From Bacteroidaceae bacterium (GTDB lineage Bacteria > Bacteroidota > Bacteroidia > Bacteroidales > Bacteroidaceae): a DNA stretch of 64,000 nt. How positions within the stretch are numbered: position 1 is the stretch's first letter; every line of letters begins with the position of its first letter. Shown piece after piece: positions 8,726 through 15,812 of this stretch. Location of the stretch: assembly GCA_017546505.1 (NCBI GenBank), contig JAFYWV010000031.1:9871-73870 (forward strand), given 5' to 3'. Under the pieces are notes generated by a model, which did not search any database, was not told the origin of the DNA, and saw nothing but the letters and a program-made list of their open reading frames with translations. Both the position numbers and the translations under genes were made by a program.

Positions 8726-10276
8726 TTACTTGAAATTATCCGGCAAATCATTTTCATAGAGTACCACATCACCGGCTTTCAGTATCTGTGCCAGATGTGC
8801 GTGTGCGTGGTTCAGGCTGTCGGCAAGGAAATATTTCTCCTCGGCCAATCCGCCTTCCTCAATGCCGGCCTTTATTGCATCGCGGTTGGTGGAGTTCACT
8901 ACAATTGCGTAGTCGCAACTCTCTGCTATTGTGCGTCCGAGCTCTTTGTTTGCCTGGGCCTGGCGTGCGCCCATCTCCACAAATCCGGGGGTGATGACAA
9001 TGCGTTTGTTACCCTCGGCTACCGTAAAGCCTTTTAGTACGCCGAGTGCCATTCTTGCTCCTTGTGGGTTTGAGTTGTATGCATCGTCTAGCACTGTTAT
9101 GCCGTTCGACACCTTCATTGACAGACGGTGTTCTACCGGCTGCAGGCGTGCAATGGCATTCTTCTGCTTGTTCACCGGCACTCCAAGATAGTCGGCAACG
9201 GCTGTGGCTGCCAGTATATTCAGCAGGTTGCCCGCACCCAGCAGGCGGCTGTTGAACTGCTCGTCGCCATTGAGTGTGAACGAAACGCCGTTTGCACCAT
9301 ACTTGACATCACTTGCTTTGTAGTCGCCGTTACCCTCAACGGCATAGCGTATGAGCTTGCAGGGGCTTGTTATGCCGGTGTAGCTGCTTATGTATTGCGA
9401 GTCATTATTTATTACTCCCAAGCCATTTGACGGCAGTGAGTTGATAAGTTCGAATTTTGTGTTCTGTATGTTTTCTACAGTCTTGAATGTTTCAAGGTGC
9501 ATCTCGCCCACAGCGGTGACAATGCCTATTGTGGGGTGTACAAGGTCGCATATCTCCTTGATGTCGTTGGATTGCTTTGCTCCCATCTCAACGATGAATA
9601 CCTGATGGTATGGGCGCAGATGTTCTCGTATGGTGCGTATGACGCCAAGCAGTGTGTTGAAATTGCCGGGGGTGACAAGTACGTTATACTTCTCGGCAAG
9701 AATGCCGGCAAGATAGTTCTTTGTGCTTGTCTTGCCAAAACTGCCTGTGACACCAATTACAATAAGGTTCTTGTTGCTCTCAATGATGCGCTTGGCATCG
9801 TTGTAGTAGTGACGGTTGATGGCTTTCTCGATAGGGGTGTTTACAAGGTTGGCAAGCAACATAATGAAGTTTGAGAGCAGGAGTGCCGCTCCAATCACAG
9901 CCATAGCCCATTTCCCTGCAAAGAAAATGGCAAGCAGGGCAATTGTGATGAATAGTATGATGTCTGTTGTAAAAAGGCGCTTCACGCGCATTGTGTACAC
10001 AAGCGGTGTCTTGAACTTCTCGCTGAAACAGTAGAACCAGGCTGCCGCTGTGACTCCCGCTGCAAAGCCGAAACCAAAATATCCCGGTATGAAAGCTCCG
10101 GCAAGCATTGCTACGGCAAACAATCGTTTGATGGAGAGTATGTTTCCCGGTACCAACCAACGGAAATAGCGGCTGTTGCGGTACGATGCAAGCTGGAACA
10201 TATGAATGTCATACTTGGCAATCATCAGAAAGAACAGCAGTGCCACAATGGCATATTTGATTGTAAAATGGTCCAT
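8726..10276 (-). CDS. MurF-like Mur ligase (central and C-terminal domains) with a 4-5 TM N-terminal region replacing the soluble MurF N-domain
   Basis: 516 aa. Residues 1 to about 165 are hydrophobic helices (IVALLFFLMIA, AVAMLAGAFIPGYFGFGFAAGV, IILFITIALLAIFFAG, AVIGAALLLSNFIMLLANL). These are followed by P-loop GVTGSFGKTSTK, EMGA, and DDAYNSNP of the Mur ligase C-domain. Confidence 0.75.
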   Translation of the reverse strand: MDHFTIKYAIVALLFFLMIAKYDIHMFQLASYRNSRYFRWLVPGNILSIKRLFAVAMLAGAFIPGYFGFGFAAGVTAAAWFYCFSEKFKTPLVYTMRVKRLFTTDIILFITIALLAIFFAGKWAMAVIGAALLLSNFIMLLANLVNTPIEKAINRHYYNDAKRIIESNKNLIVIGVTGSFGKTSTKNYLAGILAEKYNVLVTPGNFNTLLGVIRTIREHLRPYHQVFIVEMGAKQSNDIKEICDLVHPTIGIVTAVGEMHLETFKTVENIQNTKFELINSLPSNGLGVINNDSQYISSYTGITSPCKLIRYAVEGNGDYKASDVKYGANGVSFTLNGDEQFNSRLLGAGNLLNILAATAVADYLGVPVNKQKNAIARLQPVEHRLSMKVSNGITVLDDAYNSNPQGARMALGVLKGFTVAEGNKRIVITPGFVEMGARQAQANKELGRTIAESCDYAIVVNSTNRDAIKAGIEEGGLAEEKYFLADSLNHAHAHLAQILKAGDVVLYENDLPDNFK

Positions 10277-10277
10277 T

Positions 10278-11036
10278 TCAGTCTATTTTAAAGAAGTTCT
10301 TTATAACTGCGTTGAACAGTCCCGGGTTCTCAAGGAATGAGAAATGTCCTGTTCCGTGTGCTACTACAAGCCCGGCATCGGGTATCAGCTTCTCCATTGT
10401 CTTGGCATCGCTCAAAGGTGTCGCTGTGTCCATATTGCCCCAGAACAGCAGGGTGGGGGCTTTGATGGCCGGCATCAGGTGCTTCAAATCCTCGTTGACA
10501 ACCTTTGAGAGTATGGCGCGCATCATTGGCGAGGCGTTGTTGTAGTCGCTTGAACCGGCACCCTTGCGGCGCTTGTCAATGATTGCCTGTGCCTTCTTCT
10601 TTGGCAGGAATGTGTTGCACAGCCATTTTAAAGTTTTGAATGTATATACTTTCCAGTAGTATTTGAATGGTCTCTTGGGTTTTATGCCGGCTGCATCCAC
10701 AAGCACCACGCGGCTAACCTCGTTGCGCGATGCAAAGACAATGCTCACTCTGCCGCCAAAGGAGTGCCCGATGAGTGCAGGTTGTTCAATGCCGTTGTCT
10801 TTGGCGAACTGTTCTACCATACGTGTGTACTCCTCGACGCCCCATACGGCTGCGGGTTCTTGTGATGCACCAAAGCCCGGAAAATCGAAACAATATGTGG
10901 TGTATGCCGTAGATAGCACCTCGCTGATATTCTTGAATATTTCGCCGGTGCATCCCCAGCCGTGCAGCAGGAAAACCGGTTCCCCGCTGCCTTGTCTGGT
11001 GATGTTTATGTCTATGCCGTCGTATCTATAGACCAT
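10278..11036 (-). CDS. Cytoplasmic alpha/beta-fold hydrolase
   Basis: 252 aa with no signal peptide. Motifs are HGWG, nucleophile elbow GHSFGG, and GTGHFSF (His). Its stop lies 1 nt from the start of the MurF-like gene. Confidence 0.8.
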   Translation of the reverse strand: MVYRYDGIDINITRQGSGEPVFLLHGWGCTGEIFKNISEVLSTAYTTYCFDFPGFGASQEPAAVWGVEEYTRMVEQFAKDNGIEQPALIGHSFGGRVSIVFASRNEVSRVVLVDAAGIKPKRPFKYYWKVYTFKTLKWLCNTFLPKKKAQAIIDKRRKGAGSSDYNNASPMMRAILSKVVNEDLKHLMPAIKAPTLLFWGNMDTATPLSDAKTMEKLIPDAGLVVAHGTGHFSFLENPGLFNAVIKNFFKID

Positions 11037-11064
11037 TTTCTTTTGTTGTTGATTTTTGCAAATA

Positions 11065-11682
11065 TTACTTTACAAGAACCTTCTTGCCGTTTACGATGTA
11101 AATGCCGGCTTTGGTTATTTCGTTAATCTGGCGGCCTGTGAGGTCGTAGATAGCTTTAAACTCTCCGTTCTCACTTTTTACCTCGCCGATGCCTGTCTCC
11201 TCGCCTGTCTTTGTAATTGTCAGTGATGTGAGGTAGATAGTGCGGCCAACCTGACCATAGAGATAGAAAGCATTCTCGCCTTCAACAAATTTGATGGTCT
11301 GCTCTGCTGTGGTGTTGTAGAGTGAGTAGCTACGTAGGTCGTAATCAATGTGTGCATTGTGGCTCTTGGTAGAGTTCTTCAGCTTCATCTCGGTGAGGCT
11401 GTAACCCTCGGGCACTGTGATTGTGTACTTGATTGGTGTTGCAACATTCTCGTTGATGTAGAGTGTGAACTTGTTGTTGTAGTACTTCATAGAACCGACC
11501 TCGTTGCCATTGGCGTCGGTTGATACAATCTGCAAACCATTGGTATCGGTCCACATTGAAAGGGTTTCCTTGTCGCCCCACTGGCCGTCGAATGTGCCGG
11601 TTGAAAAGTCAACGCTCTCCTGTGCCATAGCAGTTGTGAACATCGCTAGCATTAGCGAAAAGATAAGAGTAAATTTTTTCAT
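11065..11682 (-). CDS. Small secreted protein with a T9SS C-terminal sorting domain
   Basis: 205 aa. Signal peptide MKKFTLIFSLMLAMFTTAMAQ. The C-terminus IYDLTGRQINEITKAGIYIVNGKKVLVK fits the type-A Por secretion CTD pattern. Confidence 0.7.
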   Translation of the reverse strand: MKKFTLIFSLMLAMFTTAMAQESVDFSTGTFDGQWGDKETLSMWTDTNGLQIVSTDANGNEVGSMKYYNNKFTLYINENVATPIKYTITVPEGYSLTEMKLKNSTKSHNAHIDYDLRSYSLYNTTAEQTIKFVEGENAFYLYGQVGRTIYLTSLTITKTGEETGIGEVKSENGEFKAIYDLTGRQINEITKAGIYIVNGKKVLVK

Positions 11683-11720
11683 AAATTTAAATTTTAGATA
11701 GTTGATAATGTAATTTTAAT

Positions 11721-11758
11721 ATATCTTCTTCAGGCACAACTGCGCCCGAAGAAGATAT
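11721..11758 (-). terminator. Hairpin immediately downstream of the GH31 gene
   Basis: 11-bp perfect stem atatcttcttc / gaagaagatat with a 16-nt loop, located 6 nt after the GH31 stop. The T-tract is weak. Confidence 0.45.
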
Positions 11759-11763
11759 GGTTT

Positions 11764-14700
11764 TTAGAACTTGATTGTGTTGAGGTGCTTGTCAACGAGG
11801 ATGCCGTCAACAGCCTTGATGTTGAACTTGATGTTCTTCTTTGCCTTCAAGGTCACCTTAACAAGCTCGCCGTTGCCACCAATTGTAGCCTGGTTGCCTT
11901 CGTTGATGAAGGTCGGGTAAACGGCAGTTTCGCCGTTGCCGTGCATACGGTTCTTGCTGTAGTTTGCCATATTTGCGGTGTTCAATGCCTCGATGCCCAC
12001 AAACTCATACTCGGTTGCATCGTAAGGCAATGCAAGGCTGAATGCGTTCACGTTTGCAAGGTCCTTGCCGCTGATGGTGATTACAATCTCCTCGCCGGCC
12101 TTGTAGCTCTTCTTGTCGGCTGTTATTGTGAGACTGCCGGCTACAATGTTCTCGGGACGCTCATATACGCCATCGCCGATGCGTGTTGCTGCAACAGAAA
12201 TGTCGTATGCATCAATTAGGCCATTCTCGTTGATATCGCCAATGCTTACATAGTCGAAGTCGCTGTCGCTCTTGCGCAAGCCGGTGTAGTTGAGGTATGA
12301 TGTGAGGTCGTTCTCGTCAACCTTCTTGTCCTTGTTGATATCGCCCGAGATATAGGTCTCGCTGCCTGGAACTTTGAAGATGTACATCTCGCGGCCAGAA
12401 CCGTAGTTGCCAACGCCCTCTGTCACGTGCATCTTGATGTAGCGTGCGCTTGGGTTGCCCTCGAACTTGAACACCTTTGTCTCGCCGTTGCGTGCCCAGT
12501 TCACCTCTACAGGCTCACTCCACTGCTCCTTGTTGGTGCTGTAGCTGAATGTAGCCTTGGTGATTGTACCGTTACCGCCATCCTCGCGGCACAGGTAGTG
12601 CAGTTCGGCGAGTGTTGACATACCGTTGAGGTCGATTACCATCTCGAATGGAACAGCCGATGTGCTCCACTTTGTGTGCCAGTTGCTGCTCTCGTCAAAG
12701 TCGAAGAATTTGTCTGTGCCCTGGCCGCCCTGGTTAGGACAGTTTGTTGTTGCTGTAACACCGGTGAGTGCCCACTCCAATGGGTTGCTCTTTGTTGTAG
12801 CCTTAACCTCGCTCCACTCCGATACGCCGCTCTTGTTTGCTGCACGCACAGCGAATGTGTAGTCGGTTACAGGTTTCAAATCCTCGAACAACAGGCTTGT
12901 GCCCTTGATGGTGCTGTAGATGCGGCCATTGAAGAGAATCTCGTAGTAGTCGGCATTCTCAACCTTGTCCCAAGATGGGGTGATGGTGTATGCCTGGCAA
13001 TTCTCGTCGGTAACAGTAGCCTTTGGTGCTGTGAGTGCGCCCTCGTTTGCAAGCAGGCTGCTTGGGATGTTCATCTCAAAGCCCTTGATGGTGAGCTCTG
13101 TTGCAGCAGCTGTGACGTCGCTCTTTGCAAGCTTTACCATAATGACAGGGTTCTTGATAATCTGAACTTTCTCGAACTCACTGCCCTTTGTTGCAAAGCG
13201 GTTGAGATTTGGCTGTGCGTCGAAGAACCATACATTCTCGCCGTTGTTGAACTCCTCGATTGTATTTGCCTGTGTTAGTTTTACGCTTTTGCCGCCAACC
13301 TTTGCAGCAACCTTTTTTGGCTGTGCGCTTACGTTGACCTTGAAGATTGTGCTCTTCTCCTTCACGAAACCGTCGAAACTGCCCTTTGTGGGGTTGATGG
13401 TAACTGTCACGTTGCCCTTGGCGTCGCAGTTCTGTTCAATGAGTGTAGTTGTGAACTGGCCTGCACGGTAAAGCTCTGTTACACCGTCGTCATCATATTC
13501 TGTGAACGATGTAGTGCCCTGTGGGTAGATTTCGTACATACGCAATGCCTTGTCCATCTCCTTGACGTTGTTGTTTGGAGTTGTTGTGGGGATTATTGCA
13601 CCTGCCTTTACAAATACCGGGAGCTTCCACAGTGGGGTGTCAAAGTTATTGATTACGCGGCCGCCCTCGTACTTCTCGCCGGTGAAGTAGTCGTACCAAG
13701 TGCCCTGTGGCAAGTAGATATTGTTGCGGATGTCGTTGCCCTCTGCATCCATTGCTGTGTTCTGGTAGATTGGAGCAACAAGAATGTATGGACCATACAT
13801 ATACTGGTAGCGTGTAGCCTCGCTCATTGTATAGGCGTTAGCCTCGTCCTCGAGGAACATTGCACGCATCATTGGCTTGCCGTCAACAGCCTCGCGAGCG
13901 ATGCTGTATGTGTAGGGCATAAGCTCAGACTTCATCTTCATATATGTGCGGTTGATTGATGTGGCAGGCTCGCCAAGCGCGTGAGGATACTTCTCGTTCG
14001 CGCCCCAACCGTCCATATTGAGCATCATTGGAGTGTAGGTCTTCCACTGGTACTCACGGACAAAGACAGGAATGTTCTTTCCTCCAAAGATACCATCGAC
14101 GTCGGATGTGATGTTTGGCTGTCCCGAGAGTCCTGAACCAATGAATGTTGGAATGTGGAAACGTATGTATTCCCACTCGCCGCCGGTTTGGTCGCCGCTC
14201 CATATTGTAGCATAGCGTTGTGTACCAGCCCAACCGTCAAGTGAGATGATGAACGGACGTGCGTTGTTGCCGTAGTAGGTCATAATGCCTGCAGCGTCGG
14301 TCACGCCGTTCAGACCGAATGAGTATCCGGCACCCACCCAAGCAACATCGGTCTTGAGCACACGTACACCGGCATCGCGTACTTCGCGTACAAGGTCGCG
14401 CTGCAAAAGTGCGCTAACGCCTTCGCGTGGGTGGAGGTTCGACTCTGTCCAAAGACCAATCTCAACACCCTTTGCACGTGCGTAGTCACCGAACTCCTTC
14501 AAGTTCTGCACGTTGCCCTCGAGTGTCTCGGTCTGACCATAACCGGCACCGTATCCGTCATTGGGGAGGAACCAACCGAGTGGCATATCCTGTGAAAGAT
14601 AACGGTCTACGGCTGCGCGTGCCGAGAACTGATAGTTGTTCTTCTCACCGTTGAGTGACTCCTTTGTACCGCCGTTGTCGGTCTGGCTCTCCTTGTAACG

Positions 14701-15612
14701 CTTGCCGTCCTCGTAGAGCATACCGTTGCCGTCGGTGCTTGGTGTCCAGTAGTCGCGGTTGTAGGCATTGAGGTGGCCTACATAGAAACCGAACTTTGGC
14801 ATAAGCACAGGGTTACCTGTCAACTGGTAGAAGTCGTTGAGCAGTGCAATGCCGTCGCTGTTCACCATAAAGAACACGTCGAGGTAGTCGCTCTCATGTG
14901 AGAGTGTTACCTTGCCGGCCTTTTCGGTATCAAAGTCGTAGCTTCCCTTGTTGAATGTGTGCCACATAAAGCCATAGCCGTTTGACGACCAGAAAAATGG
15001 TGCTGGTGATGCAACGCCGCCGTCGGTCCAGCTGTTGGTGTTCTCAATGGCAATCTTCTTGCCGGCGTGTGAGAAACGGCCGTTCTGTACGCCACCACCG
15101 TAGAAGTTCTCGCCTTCGTTGCCCTTGAGAGTGATGATGGTCTTTGATTTTTTGAATTCCACGGGCTCGCTCTCTTCAAAAGCTACCTTACCGGTGGTAA
15201 GGTCGGTTACTTTTATCTGACCAGTTGCCTTGCATACTGCAACTTCTACCTTTTCGGTGCTGATGGTGTATGACTTCTCACCTTCGTTCACTGCAAGTGA
15301 TTTCACCTCCTTGCGTGGGTTGTCTACAAGAATCTGCGCCTCGGGGTAGCCTTCCATTGGCTGTGGATCGCGTACAATTTCGCTCTTGTCATCGCGGAAT
15401 AGGCGGAAGATGTTCTCGCCGTAGAAATCGAGCGTTACTCTTTTGCCGTCATTCAAACGAAGTTCTACCATAGCGGGGTTAATCTTTTCAACCGCTACAA
15501 CGCTTGCGGTTTTCTCGCCATCATTTGATGCAAAAACCTGTGTGGGTACACCGCCGGACAGCAGAGCTGCCGACAGCAGGATTGCTTTGATACGTCTGTG
15601 GTTAAATTTCAT
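11764..15612 (-). CDS. Multimodular GH31 glycoside hydrolase (GH31 - FN3 - F5/8 type C/CBM32-like - dockerin - cohesin-like)
   Basis: 1282 aa. Signal peptide MKFNHRRIKAILLSAALLSGG. GH31 core has LKTDVAWVG and WSGDQTGGEW. FN3 segment is SWDKVENADYYEILFNG...YTFAVRAANKSG. The discoidin-like segment is FDFDESSNWHTKW...ARYIKMHV. Confidence 0.85.
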   Translation of the reverse strand: MKFNHRRIKAILLSAALLSGGVPTQVFASNDGEKTASVVAVEKINPAMVELRLNDGKRVTLDFYGENIFRLFRDDKSEIVRDPQPMEGYPEAQILVDNPRKEVKSLAVNEGEKSYTISTEKVEVAVCKATGQIKVTDLTTGKVAFEESEPVEFKKSKTIITLKGNEGENFYGGGVQNGRFSHAGKKIAIENTNSWTDGGVASPAPFFWSSNGYGFMWHTFNKGSYDFDTEKAGKVTLSHESDYLDVFFMVNSDGIALLNDFYQLTGNPVLMPKFGFYVGHLNAYNRDYWTPSTDGNGMLYEDGKRYKESQTDNGGTKESLNGEKNNYQFSARAAVDRYLSQDMPLGWFLPNDGYGAGYGQTETLEGNVQNLKEFGDYARAKGVEIGLWTESNLHPREGVSALLQRDLVREVRDAGVRVLKTDVAWVGAGYSFGLNGVTDAAGIMTYYGNNARPFIISLDGWAGTQRYATIWSGDQTGGEWEYIRFHIPTFIGSGLSGQPNITSDVDGIFGGKNIPVFVREYQWKTYTPMMLNMDGWGANEKYPHALGEPATSINRTYMKMKSELMPYTYSIAREAVDGKPMMRAMFLEDEANAYTMSEATRYQYMYGPYILVAPIYQNTAMDAEGNDIRNNIYLPQGTWYDYFTGEKYEGGRVINNFDTPLWKLPVFVKAGAIIPTTTPNNNVKEMDKALRMYEIYPQGTTSFTEYDDDGVTELYRAGQFTTTLIEQNCDAKGNVTVTINPTKGSFDGFVKEKSTIFKVNVSAQPKKVAAKVGGKSVKLTQANTIEEFNNGENVWFFDAQPNLNRFATKGSEFEKVQIIKNPVIMVKLAKSDVTAAATELTIKGFEMNIPSSLLANEGALTAPKATVTDENCQAYTITPSWDKVENADYYEILFNGRIYSTIKGTSLLFEDLKPVTDYTFAVRAANKSGVSEWSEVKATTKSNPLEWALTGVTATTNCPNQGGQGTDKFFDFDESSNWHTKWSTSAVPFEMVIDLNGMSTLAELHYLCREDGGNGTITKATFSYSTNKEQWSEPVEVNWARNGETKVFKFEGNPSARYIKMHVTEGVGNYGSGREMYIFKVPGSETYISGDINKDKKVDENDLTSYLNYTGLRKSDSDFDYVSIGDINENGLIDAYDISVAATRIGDGVYERPENIVAGSLTITADKKSYKAGEEIVITISGKDLANVNAFSLALPYDATEYEFVGIEALNTANMANYSKNRMHGNGETAVYPTFINEGNQATIGGNGELVKVTLKAKKNIKFNIKAVDGILVDKHLNTIKF
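11767..12150 (-). other. Cohesin-like C-terminal module of the GH31 protein
   Basis: Last 128 aa or so: ITADKKSYKAGEEIVITISGKDLANVNAFSLALPYDATEYEFVGIE...GELVKVTLKAKKNIKFNIKAV matches the cohesin beta-sandwich sequence pattern. Confidence 0.55.
12178..12348 (-). other. Type-I-like dockerin module (two EF-hand Ca-binding repeats) of the GH31 protein
   Basis: GDINKDKKVDENDLTSYL and GDINENGLIDAYDISVAA both fit the D-x-N-x-D-x-x-x-D-x-x-D dockerin loop. Confidence 0.75.
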
Positions 15613-15783
15613 AATTATAATTTATAGATTGTTATTTGTCTTTTTGCAAAGGGTATATCAGTCTCAATTTGCAAAGTTAGTAATTTAATTATATTAAATA
15701 ATTATATAATGCCAAAACTTTGTCAAAAAAGCCTTCATTTGCAATAAATGGTTTTTACGACGGCGTTTTTGCGCTTTTTGATG

Positions 15784-15791
15784 TATCTTCG
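15784..15791 (+). promoter_or_regulatory. -7 promoter box variant TAtcTTCG upstream of mutS2
   Basis: gTATCTTCGca lies 22 nt upstream of the ATG at 15813. Confidence 0.35.
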
Positions 15792-15812
15792 CACTCCGAA
15801 AAGAAAAGAACA

